DNA from: Callorhinchus milii | Lineage: Eukaryota | Length of the DNA stretch: 64,000 nucleotides | Reading direction: 5' to 3' | Assembly: GCF_018977255.1 (NCBI RefSeq) | Contig: NW_024704743.1 | Coordinates: forward strand, 47,370,001 to 47,434,000 | In this document: positions 53,650 to 64,000 of the stretch, piece by piece | Layout: every line of letters begins with the position of its first letter | How positions within the stretch are numbered: position 1 is the stretch's first letter | Notes under the pieces: model-generated | Databases searched by the model: none | What the model saw: only the letters and a program-made list of their open reading frames with translations | Told to the model about the DNA's origin: nothing | Made by a program: the position numbers and the translations under genes

Positions 53650-54850
53650 AACAACAACTTGGATTTATATAGCGTCCTCCACGCCGGACGGCGTCTCAGA
53701 GCACTTTACAGTAATGGATCCCGGCGCCGAGCCAGGGGGAGGGGGGAGGGAAAGTTGACCAAAGGTGCGGTCAAAGAGAAAGGTCTTTAGCAGAGACCTG
53801 AAAATAGGAAGGGAGTGAGGAAGCGAATTCCTGAGCCTCGGGGCATAGTGGCTGAAGGCACGGCCACCAAGTGTGGAGCAGAGGACTCGGGGAACGAGGA
53901 GGAGGCCAGACCCGGGTTCTGTTTTGAGGAGAGAGGAGGTCAGAGAGGTAGGGGGTGCAGAGGAGTGGAGGAATTTGAATACAAGGGTGAGGAACTTGAA
54001 GTCGATCCTCTCTGGGACAGTCTGGCAAGGACAGGGGTGATCGGGGGGCAGAGTTTCGTGCGGGTGAGAATGCGGATGGCAGAGTTTTGAATGATCTGGA
54101 TTTTATGGATAGGAGACCGGCGAGGAGGGGGTTAGAATAGTCCAGCCGAGAGGTGACAAAGGCACGGACTAGGGTTTCAGCGGCTTTTGGAGAGAGGTAT
54201 TGGTGGAGACGGGCGATGTGTCGGAGGTGGAAGAAGGCGGTGCTGGTGAGGGACCGTAGGTGGGGGAGGAAGGATAATTGGGGGTCGAACCTGACACCTA
54301 GGTTACGTACGAGAGTTTTAGGGGGAGGTTGGGTAGGTGGAGGAGGTGAGAGCCGTGAGATTTTAGACCTTGACAAGAGCCAAAGAGTATGGCTTACGTC
54401 TTGTCGACGTTCAGCTGAAGGAAATTTGCGCTCATCCAGCCCCTGAGATCTGACAGGCAGGCTGACAGAACATCAGGGGCCTGGGGGTCGCAAAGAGAGG
54501 TGGAAAATAGAGATGGGTGTCATCTGTGTACATGTGGAAATGTACCCCATGTCTGCGGATGACATCCCCAAGAGGGAGCATTATAGATCAGAAAGAGGAG
54601 GGGGCCAAGGATGGATCCTTGGGTACCCCGCAGGTGACCGGGTGAGAGGGGGAGGAGAAGCTGTTTGTGCAGATGTACTGCTGGCGGTTTGTGAGGTAGG
54701 ATTCGAATCGGGTGAATGCGGTCCCACTGAAGTGGATGCCGGAGGAAAGGCAGTGGAGGAGGATGGAATGATCGACTGTGTCGAACGCCGCGGAGAGGTG
54801 CAGGAGGACAAGGAGGCAGAGGGAGCCCTCGTCATAGATAGAGAGGATGT
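53650..54850 (-). mobile_element. L2-clade LINE, 5'-truncated, degenerate RT
   Basis: Translations include LSAAFDTVDHSILL, GVPK, VRNLGVRFDPQLSF and FVTSRLDYSN; (TTG)n tail at 53650. Confidence 0.92.
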
Positions 54851-55239
54851 CGATAATCAATATGATTTCCACATTGAGTTAACACACATTGCTTAGTATA
54901 ACTGTTTTGGGAACTGGGAATCTACTTTGGATCCAATATTATCCAATGTGGATGCAGAACCAATGTAAGGAAAGGCAAGTTCGACATGCACAAACTGAAC
55001 TACATGAATCAACCAAATGACTGCTTTTATCTAAAGTTAATAAAATCTAGCAATGTAACCAAAACTCCAATAATGTTAAAAACCTTATAGTCAGTTCAGC
55101 AAAACACCCAGAAACATTTACAGCAATTTCATGTGAAGTGCTTTGAAAGATTTAGATGCATGGATTAACAACAACAAGATTACATTTGCATAGCGCCTCT
55201 CACGTCGGGAGGACGTCCCAAAGCTATTAGTCACAAAAC

Positions 55240-55460
55240 ACAAAATACTGCACATGCTGGAATCTGAAACAAAAACAGAAAGAGCTGGGAAAACTCAGCA
55301 GGTCAGGCAGCATCTATGGAAAAAGGAAAGTGAATCAACGTTTCGTGTCCACGAACGAGTTCTGACGAAGGGTCGTGGACCCGAAACGTTGACTCACTTT
55401 CCTTTCTCCATAGATGTTGCCTGACCTGCTGAGTTTTCCCAGCTCTCTCTGTTTTTGTTT
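55240..55460. mobile_element. Palindromic Penelope-like (inverted pLTR-type) element
   Basis: Inverted arms of ~85 bp (aaacaaaaacagaaagagctgggaaaactcagcaggtcaggcagcatctatgga... / ...tccatagatgttgcctgacctgctgagttttcccagctctctctgtttttgttt) surround a hammerhead core. The Penelope assignment is inferred from the hammerhead motif. Confidence 0.65.
55357..55395 (+). ncRNA. Minimal type-I hammerhead ribozyme motif (Penelope-like element-associated type)
   Basis: Sequence reads GAGUU-CUGACGA-A-GGGUC(GUG)GACCC-GAAA-CG-UU-GACUC. Both core boxes, stem II, stem I (GAGUU/GACUC) and a loopless palindromic stem III (ACGU) are present. Confidence 0.7.
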
Positions 55461-55582
55461 AATATTATTAGTTATTATTTCCAAAATATCACCATTGAAT
55501 GTTACCGTTCAAACTTTTATTTTGGGGGCAGAACACTAGCAAGGCTACAGGTGCTCACTGTCTCTTGCCTCTCAGGCCCAGC

Positions 55583-55985
55583 ACCACACACAGACACAGA
55601 GGGAACACACACTCAGAGACACAGAGAGAGACACACTCACAGAAAGACAGAGACACACACCCACATTCACAGACACAGAGAGTGACACCCACATTCACAG
55701 ACAGTGGGGTCACACTCTCACAGACACAGAGCGATACACACACACTCACAGACACAGAGAAAGACACACACACACTCAGACACAGAGAGACACACACACA
55801 TACACAGAGAGGAAGAGACACGCTCACCTACACAGAGAGATACTCAGAGACAAAGACACACACACTAACAGACACACACAGAGTCACACACAGACTCACA
55901 TAGAGACACACACAGACTCACATAGAGACACACACAGACTCACATAGAGACACACACAGACTCACATAGAGACATAGACAGACAA
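55583..55985. repeat. CA/GA-rich low-complexity tract ending in ~4 copies of a 22-bp unit (cacacacagactcacatagaga)
   Basis: Directly visible. Confidence 0.9.
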
Positions 55986-56006
55986 TCACAACAGCGGGAT
56001 CTCCGA

Positions 56007-56337
56007 GTGGAGTCCTGTAGCTCAGTGGTTAGAGCACTCGCTTTGCAAGTGAGAGACCTGAGTTCAATTCCAGGCAGGGCGAAACCTTGGGCAAGTTTCC
56101 TTACTCCACACACCTAATAATAATCCCTCCAAAACCAAAAACAATAATAATTTGGTCATTTTGAATCTACGACTGTTTGTGGGACATTGCTGTGCGCAAT
56201 TGGCTGCCACGTTCGCCCACAAATATACAGTCAATTCACTTTACAGTGTGTTCTGTGAAGCGTTTTGGGACATCCTCCCAACGTGAAAAACGCTATATCA
56301 AATGCAAGGATTATTATTATTATTATTATTATTACTA
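56007..56337 (+). mobile_element. tRNA-Ala-headed SINE (young copy)
   Basis: Family consensus with a long (ATT)n tail. Confidence 0.92.
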
Positions 56338-56339
56338 TA

Positions 56340-57099
56340 TTTTTCAAGTCCTGGCTGAAAACCTCCCTCTTCGACCGTGCTTACAGCCACCTCCCCACTC
56401 CCCCCAGCTCAGAGTCAGTCTCCACCACTGTTAAGCGCTCTGAGACACTACCCTGCTTGGAGGGTGCTGTATACGTGCAAGTTGCTGTTGTTGTTTGCTG
56501 CTGCTTCTCTGTCTCAAACTACTCTGTTAGGGTTTGGGTTTGTTGGCTTGACAAAGACAACTTGCATTTATATAAGCCCCCTTCATATAGGATAATGTCT
56601 CATGGAGTGCTGTATAGGCAGTTTTGAATGCTGAGCTAGGGGGAGCAGGGGGAAGGGGAATGGCCAAGGGCTGCTCTTTAGGTTTTAAGGTAAGATTTAA
56701 AGATAAAGAGTGGCTCTGGTGGAGAGATTGAGACAGGGAGTTCCAGAGATTAAAGACATAGTGGCTGAAGGCATTGCCACCGATGGCAGTGCAGAGGAGT
56801 CGAGGACATGCCGTAGGTCTATTTCAGCTGAACAAATAGAACGAACAGAAGAGTGAGGTACGAGCAGTTCTGAGAAGTAAGGAGATACAAAAGCATGAAG
56901 GAATTTGTATATGAGGGATCTTGAAATCAAGCTGTTTAGAGACAGAGTCAGTGGAGCCCGCCGAGGATTGGGGTGATGGAGTGGAGTATTGTGCGGGTGA
57001 AGATATGAGCAGCAGAGTTTATATTAACTGGAGTGGATGATGGAACTGGGAAGACTAGCGAGGAATGTGTTTGAGAAATCAAGGCGGGAAGTGACAAAG
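56340..57099. mobile_element. Tail-to-tail L2 3' fragments (+ 56340-56495; - 56555-57099)
   Basis: Both show L2 3' UTR and tail; the minus copy encodes NSAAHIFTRT...ITPILGGLH. Confidence 0.8.
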
Positions 57100-57100
57100 T

Positions 57101-57403
57101 GGAGTCCTGTAGCTCAGTGGTTAGAGCACTCGCTTTGCAAGCGAGAGACCTGAGTTCAATTCCAGGCAGGGCGAAACCTTGGGCAAGTTTCCTTACTCCA
57201 CACGCCTGATAATAATCCCTCCAAAACCAAAAACAATAATAAAAATTGGTCATTTTCAATCTACGACTGTTTGTGGGACATTGCCGTGCGCAATTGGCTG
57301 CCGCGTTCGCCCACAAATATACAATCAATTCACTTTACAGTGTGTTCTGTGAAGCGCTTTGGGACGTCCTCCCGACGTGAAAAGTGCTATATCAAATGCA
57401 AGG

Positions 57404-57436
<33 letters not shown>
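57101..57436 (+). mobile_element. tRNA-Ala-headed SINE (young copy) nested in an L2 fragment
   Basis: Family consensus; the flanks rejoin as L2-like gtgacaaag|gcatgga. Confidence 0.92.
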
Positions 57437-57438
<2 letters not shown>

Positions 57439-57494
57439 AAGCATGGAAACATTTGCTGTGAGATAGGTTTGCCGACTGGCAACATGTTAAAGGT

Positions 57495-57712
57495 TGAGGA
57501 AAGCTGGAATGCATTGCCTGAATGGGTGGTGAAAGCTGATTCGATAACAACTTTTAAGAGAGAAGTAGATAATTATTTGGGGAGGACAGGGGTTTGGAGT
57601 GCTATGGGGAAAGAGCGGGAGAGTGGGATTGAATTGGAAAGCTCTTTTCAAAGAGCCGTCACAGACATGATGGGCCGAATGGCCTCTTCTGTGCTGTATG
57701 ATTCTATTCTAT
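57495..57712 (+). mobile_element. CR1 LINE 3' end
   Basis: WNALPEWVVKADSITTFKREVD; 3' UTR gatgggccgaatggcctcttctgtgctgtatgattctattctatg. Confidence 0.85.
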
Positions 57713-58630
57713 GAAAGCATTTTTGGTAGTTGAATTGTTGAATTCAATCATAACTTTGAAGCTGATTTTCCATAGTTCTTAAAATAACTTCAGAAAAGTA
57801 ACTTCGAAATTAAGGCTGTTTTTAGGACTTTCCCAAATTCTGGATACTCTGAAATTCTATGCTAATCTAGACCCAGGTGTAATTTTAGCCCTCCAGTAAG
57901 GTGGGTCATGACAAAACAGTTGTTATATTATTGCAAAACCACTAAATCTAACACATGAGTGAGAACTAAAACTTTGAATTTTCAATTCAAGTCCAGTGAA
58001 AAAGTTACAGGTTTTATAATAACTTGTCAAGCCTGATTGAAGATGCAACAGGAATCATGCTACGCTGCTCAATATAAATGACACAGAGAAATTTCCATGA
58101 ATTAAAAACATGAAGTGAAGGAGATCTATCTTGAACCAGCTGTTCTTGTATTAATATGGTTCCAGAATTTCTGAGAAAATTGCTATAGATGGTAACTATT
58201 ACTACTTGGTAAAGACTTTTGATTGAGGTAACATTAACAGTTTGAAGCCAGGACACTGGACTCATTTAAGAATCAGATTAACCCTGTAATGGAAGGATGC
58301 TAGGGCCTCATTACATGATATGAGATAAATTACACCAATAAATATCCACAAATTAAAACATGAAGGGCCCCCCAGAAGGTGAGTGTCAGTGGAATTACTA
58401 ACTTAATTCCTGTTTTTTAACCCATCCTTTATTCAGCACTACAGTGTTGTTTTTTAAAAAAACAATAAGACTGAGCAATATTTGGTGAAGAGTACAATGT
58501 ACAAATTGCCCTTCATGCAATACTGGGTTTAAAAATAGTTCTCCAGGAAACAGTACTTTTATTTGCACTTCAATGACAGTAAGAGCACCTTGTGGCAGAA
58601 ACCACATCTCAAGCAGGAAATCCACGTCCT

Positions 58631-58814
58631 TCAACATTTTGGGTCCACGATCCTTCGTCAGAACCAAACCCTTGCGTTCTGACAAAGGGTCGTGGACCCA
58701 AAGCTTTGACTCATTTACCTTTCTCCATAGATGCTGCCTGACCTGCTGAGTGTTCCCAGCTACTTCTGTTTTTGTTACAGATTTCCAGCATCTGCAGTAT
58801 TTTGCATTTTGTTT
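58631..58814 (+). mobile_element. Second, more decayed copy of the Penelope-like palindrome
   Basis: Same arm (ccatagatgctgcctgacctgctgag...ccagcatctgcagtattttg) plus two inverted degenerate hammerhead cores at 58631-58664 and 58676-58712. Confidence 0.65.
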
Positions 58815-58876
58815 AGCCCATGCACTTCAATCAGCTGGTGGGACCTCAGCCCCAGCTACTCACTGGAGATCCTGAC

Positions 58877-58938
58877 CTGTTAACTGTTTGCTATGATTTT
58901 AGCTTCATGCTGTTAACTGTTCGCTATGATTTTAGCTT
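58877..58938. repeat. Short tandem duplication (29 bp, period 33)
   Basis: ctgttaactgtt(t/c)gctatgattttagctt occurs twice. Confidence 0.9.
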
Positions 58939-59489
58939 AAATATTACCAAACCATCACTGACTAAACATCTGAGCATTCTATTCCGTCAGAAATAGACCA
59001 AGTGATAGTTCCGCAAAAGTCGCCTAATCTAATCCTATTCTCCTATTTGCTCCACACATCCTTTAATGTTTCTCTTTTTTAAGTTTCTCCCTATTTCCCT
59101 ATTTTAAAAAATCGGATTCGACTTTAATAGTTGGAAAGATTTACTATTAGGTTACCTATTATGAGGAATATCCAGGTTATCTAGAAACCTAGAGGAATAT
59201 CTATCTTCTCCTATCAGAAAAATGTAAGATTATTTCTTGTGTTTATCTATTCTCTAGTTTTACTGCAGTATTTCAAATATAGATAGTACGTCAGTAAGTA
59301 ACTCAGAGTATGATAGAATTTTACAGCACAGAAACAACACTCTGTCCTCATCATAGACGTTTGCTTACAGAATAGTCACTACACTTGAAAGTGGATCTTG
59401 TGAAGCATTTTAAGACATTCTCCCAATGTGAAAGCTGCCATATCAAATGCAAGGATTAGGCTATATTATTATCATCCTGAAGGCTTTCA

Positions 59490-60000
59490 TTACAACAACA
59501 ACTTGCACTTACATAACGCCCTCCACTCAGGGTAACGTCTCAGAGCGCTTACCAATGGCGGAGCCTGACTCCGAGCTGGGGGTGGGGAAAGTGGCAAAGA
59601 GGAAGATTTTCAGTCAGGACTTGAAAAAGGGGAGAGAGGGGGCAAGGTGGAGGGATTGAGGGACAGTGTTCCAAGTTTTGGTGCATAGTGGCTGAAAGTG
59701 CGACCTCCGATTGTGGGGTGGAGGGTGCGAGGGATGAGCAGGAAGCCAGTGCCAGTTGTGCAGAGGTGTCGGATGGTGGACTGGGGAGTGAGGTGGTTGG
59801 AGAGGTAGGGAGGTGTCAGAGAAGGAAGGAAGTGTGAGGATCTTGAAGTTGATCCATTCGTTGATGGGGAGCCAGTGGAGACTGGCCAGAACTGGTGAGA
59901 TGTGGGTACAGACTTTGGTCTGGGTCAGTATGCGGGCAGCAGAGTTCTGAATAAGATGGATCTTTTGAATAGTGGAGCTGGGGAGACCGGCGAGGTAATT
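59490..60000 (-). mobile_element. L2 LINE 3' fragment
   Basis: LIQNSAARILT...SPVLASLHWLPI...FKIL; (TTG)n tail. Confidence 0.88.
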
Positions 60001-60449
60001 ACCCTGCTCGATGTGTGTCACTACATTTGTCAAGATCTTTGAGACGTTCTGGTTTGTGAAAGGCGCTGTATAAATGCAAGTTGTTATTTTTGTCAGGATT
60101 TTATCTTTCCTCCTGTCTTCTTAACATCAATTTTAACGTGCGCAATGATGGCATCTCTATCAGCTCAATAATTTATTTCATAACAAATTACAATAATTTA
60201 TTTCGTAAATTATAAGGTGTAGGCTGAATTGGCATCTATATTTGTGCAATGTTGACTTTATTTTGCAATGCTGTTAAGCCTTATTGTTTTGAGCAGATAG
60301 CTTTACTGAGGAATGAGCACCAGCTCAGTTACAATGGGCCAAATGTGCTTTGAACAATCTATGATTCCAGAATTGTGAACCAGTTTTGTGTCCGTTACAC
60401 GTTTATCAGGGCGCATGTATTCTGCAAATGCAATGATCCCTACCATTAA

Positions 60450-60860
60450 TAAGTCCTTGCATTTGATAAAGCACATATCACATAAGGAGGATATCTCATA
60501 GATCTTCACAACATTTAACGTAAAATGGAGTTACTGTAGGTATTTTGTAGATAAACAGGGCAGCCAATGTGCACACAGCAATGTCCCCACAAACAGCCAT
60601 GAAATGAATGAGCAATTTTATCTGGAGGATTGCTGGTCCAGACACTGGGAGACACTCTCTTATCTTTTTGAGTAGAATATCATTCACCTGAACAGGTTCA
60701 GATAGAACCTTGATTTAATGGCATTTCAGAAGGACAGCACCTCCAGCAATACAGCACATATCCAGCATTGCATTGGAGTCTCAGCCTATATTACATTTGT
60801 TCAAAGTCCCAACAAGCTTCTGAGTCAGAGGTGAGAATGCTACCAACTGAGCTACGCAGA
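60450..60860 (-). mobile_element. Deu-domain SINE, decayed
   Basis: Tail ccttgcatttgata, cacaaacagccatgaa, cacctgaacagg and head ttctgagtcagaggtgagaatgctaccaactgagc. Confidence 0.7.
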
Positions 60861-62207
60861 CAATGTGGGGTTTGATACTCAGCTCAGAGGGTCAAAGTAG
60901 AACACTGAGATTGTGCACCTCCTGACTCAAGCTGAGGGAGCAGCCAGAGAGGTTGATAGAACAAAAGTTAAATAAGTGCTGGTGAGAACCAACTAAGATG
61001 GCTTCAATTATGTTGATGCACAGCTGTACAAAGTCATGACTCATCCAGGACTTGCAGTCAGAATATAACATCCATGGACTCTCAGGTGATGTCTGAGAGG
61101 TAAAGTTGGGTATCAATAGTATGGAAGTATGGAAGCCAATTGCGCTTACAAATGATGCTGACAAGCACAGTATATAGATGAGGAATAGGAGAAGACGACT
61201 CACCTGCAAAATATACAGTCAATTCACTTTACAGTGTAATCTGTGACGTACTTTTGAGACGTCTTGAAAACGAGATAGGGTGCTATATCAAATTATTATT
61301 AATAATCAAACTCTGGGTGCATCAAAGGTAATTGTGCAAGAACAGAATACATTGGAGATTTGTCAATGGTGTTGGGTAAGCAGGAAAGGAAACATGGAAA
61401 TGCAGTCATGGTGGTTGATCATGGGAAAAAATGGTGAAGAACAATGGAATTGTGAACAGTCTGAAATGGAGCAGGGAGATCGAGGAGGGTGAGGGTTCTG
61501 TGAGAGCCAGTCACACAACGGCATTGGTGACTTTGCTCAGTAAGGTGAGAGTAAGTAAGAGTTCAGCACATGTTCAAACCACATGTGCTAGGAAGAAACA
61601 GTTAAAGAAAAAAATCTACTTCTCCGCCATCACTCTCGATTCCATGGCTGTAATGAGTTTTTAGCAGTTAAGTAAAGATTGATTGTGTCCACCCATTTCT
61701 GATTATCTTGATCCATTGAAAATTAACTTTGATCCCATTTTCTTCTTCAGGTATAAGTTAAAAAACACATGTCTCTGTTTGAAAGAGAAAGTTGTGTCTC
61801 CTGGTTCTAATTTATGATTCTTCAGTCAAATTAGTTAGTCAAATCCTGGCTGATCGCGGCACGTTGCTGTGTGCAAATAACCTGTCATGTTTGCCTACAA
61901 ATACACATTTACTACATTTTGCAGAAAACCTCTGTGAAGCTATTTCTAACATTCTAGTTTTTTTTAACTGTAATATCAATGCTCATTTCTGTTTCGCAAT
62001 GCACGAGTTGTAAACAAAACAACTGAAAATAGAAACTTCCCTGGACCCACCAGCAGTCTACAGTGTAAAGGACTCATAAATTAATAAAATGCAAGTAAGA
62101 AAGATGAAAGATGAAAATGCAAGATAAAATTTAACTTTTTTGTGAAAGTAAAAGATACAGATAAATATCAGGATAAGAAGCAAAAATGGTCTTTCACAAA
62201 CACTTAC

Positions 62208-62334
62208 AGGCATCAATACTGCAGATGATCCTGGCATCGTGGGATTGGGGAGGTTACCAGGCATGGAAGCTGGCATGGGCTGCCTATGTCTGTTGTGGAG
62301 ATGCAGTAATGAAGACAGAGACCCTGGAACAGGC
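62208..62334 (-). CDS. CREB5: CREB5 internal coding exon (127 nt): (R)PVPGSLSSLLHLHNRHRQPMPASMPGNLPNPTMPGSSAVLMP
   Basis: The peptide closely matches the human CREB5 segment as I recall it (PVPGSLSSLLHLHNRQRQPMPASMPGTLPNPTMPGSSAVLMP). Minus-strand acceptor is tcttgttccctcAG|G and donor is CCT|GTAAGTG. The exon starts in phase 2 and ends in phase 0. Confidence 0.95.
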
Positions 62335-62999
62335 CTGAGGGAACAAGAGCATAAGGACATCAGTAGAGAGGTACACAAAACTTGATGGTGAACAAGTAAC
62401 TTTGCAAAACATCTTAAAAGTGCTATGAAGCTGTGTGAGATGGTTCTACACCCTTAATTTGTATCTCCATGATATGGCTCGCTCCTCACTCGCAGCGTGT
62501 ATTGGGTGGCCTCTGTGATCAATTTTCACTAATGTGTGTAAGAGCTTATCTCTAAGTGTTTCTTGCTAATTGAGTTTGTTTCATAATCGACAGGTACTAC
62601 CAGATTGATCTTCAATCAATGCAAACTAGGAAGCTTTGGTCAATCAGAGGTTTATTTTTGAATACCTCTGTGACCTAGGCTGAACCTGTTTGTGTTACTT
62701 CCTTTTATATCGAAAATGAACAGAATGAAACACAGTTAAGAAAACTCAATGGCATTTTTATTATGGTTCGTTCAGAATCCAAAACTCCCCGGAAATAGTT
62801 CTCAAGTGATTTCAACAAATAACAATGAATTACACAACCATGAATTACACAAATAACTAATCAACCTTAACAGATACTAGCTAACAGCCAACTGAATATG
62901 AGGTTTATGTATGTGCAGTGAACCAACTCTTGACTCAGAGGGTTGTACCTCTAGCCAGTCAAGACACGTACCTTTCTGATGTTATGAAGTAAAAAGCAA

Positions 63000-63546
63000 A
63001 CTCCCCAACTCCTCCCTCCATTGGGTGCAGATCATCCAGAACTCTGCAGCCCGTGTCCTCTCTCTCAGCAGGCTCCCCAACCCTATCACCCCCATCCTCG
63101 CCTGACTCCACAGGTTTCCCATCACTCAGAGGATACAGTTCAAGATCCTCATTCTCACTTTCAAAGCCCTCCGTGGCCTTGCCCCCCACCCGCTGTCTCT
63201 GTGACCTCCTAACCCCGTACAAACCTGCCCGCATCCTCCGCTCAGCAGGCTCTGGCCTGCTTCACGTCCCCTGCCTTGCCTTCTCCACCATTGGCAGGCA
63301 GGCCTTCAGGTACTCTGACCCCACCCTCTGGAAGTCCTGTCCCCAATCCCTTGTCCCCTCCCTTGCCTCCTTCAAGACTCGTCTCAAGACCCTCTTCTTC
63401 AACCGTACCTTCGGTCACCCTCCTTTCCCCCCTGCCCTCCACCCTCCCCGATGCCAACCTCCAGCTCAGGTCCAAAACACTGATTGTCCAGTGCCTTGGG
63501 ACGTCCTCCGTGAAAGGCACTATACAAATGTAAGTTTGTTGTTGTT
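63000..63546 (+). mobile_element. L2 LINE 3' fragment
   Basis: RILRSAGSGLL...PTLWKS...SFKTRLKTLFF, stem-loop tail and (TTG)n. Confidence 0.9.
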
Positions 63547-63584
63547 TTTGTTGTACATCTTTAAATATACTGAAATGAACAAAT

Positions 63585-64000
63585 TTCTGGTCCCTACATT
63601 ATAGAAGGGGTATTGAGGGCCTGGAGAGGGTGCAAAGGCGATTCACAAGAATGATCCCAAAACTGAGAGGTTATACCTATCAGGAAAGGCTGAACGTACT
63701 TGGACTCTTTTCTTTTGAAAACAACAACAACAACAAGATTACATTTGTATAGCGCCTTTCACGTCAGGAGGACGTCCCAAGGTGCTGGAAAAGAGGAGGG
63801 TAAGGGGTGACTTGATGGAAGTCTTTAAAATGATGAAAGGTTTTGATAGGGTAGACATAGGGAAGATGTTTCCACTTGTGGGGGAGACCAAAACCAGGGG
63901 CCATCAATATAAAATAGTCACAAATAGATCAAATAGGGAAGTTAGAAGAAATTTCTTCACACAGAGAGTAGTGGGATTGTGGAACATGCTACCACAAGAA
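63585..64000 (+). mobile_element. CR1 LINE fragment interrupted by an inverted L2 tail (63720-63787)
   Basis: LERVQRRFTRMIP...RGDLMEVFK...TRGHQYK...FFTQRVVGLWN; runs off the window end. Confidence 0.88.

Larger units (their letters stand above)
45696..62207 (-). other. CREB5: CREB5 intron (~16.5 kb) between the two exons
   Basis: Bounded by GT at 62207-62206 and AG at 45697-45696 on the minus strand; the flanking peptides are contiguous in CREB5. Confidence 0.9.

Noticed and set aside
55455..55903. His/Thr-rich ORFs that might be the CREB5 His-rich exon
   Set aside because: They are translations of a CA/GA microsatellite on the wrong strand and in the wrong position.

Overview
This is a 64-kb vertebrate genomic window, most likely from a cartilaginous fish and possibly a holocephalan; the taxon is inferred only from the repeat content. 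It lies inside a minus-strand gene I recognise as CREB5 (CRE-BPa, ATF2-family bZIP). Two coding exons are present: 62208-62334 (127 nt) and 45585-45695 (111 nt), both with canonical AG/GT boundaries and compatible phases. I did not find the next His-rich exon, so it probably lies beyond position 1. The rest is intron, densely filled with decayed L2 and CR1 LINE fragments, a young tRNA-Ala-headed SINE, older Deu-domain SINEs, a third old SINE-like family, a probable fossil hAT transposase and Penelope-like palindromes. Nearly all ORFs in the supplied track are repeat-derived or chance. Two observations stand out. (1) A 27-unit, 30-bp palindromic minisatellite carries 26 exact TGACATCA (CRE-like, Jun/ATF2-type) motifs inside the intron of a CRE-binding factor gene. 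(2) An apparently intact minimal type-I hammerhead ribozyme lies at 55357-55395. There is no prokaryotic system or CRISPR array. Repeat boundaries are approximate and family names come from recalled motifs, not database searches.
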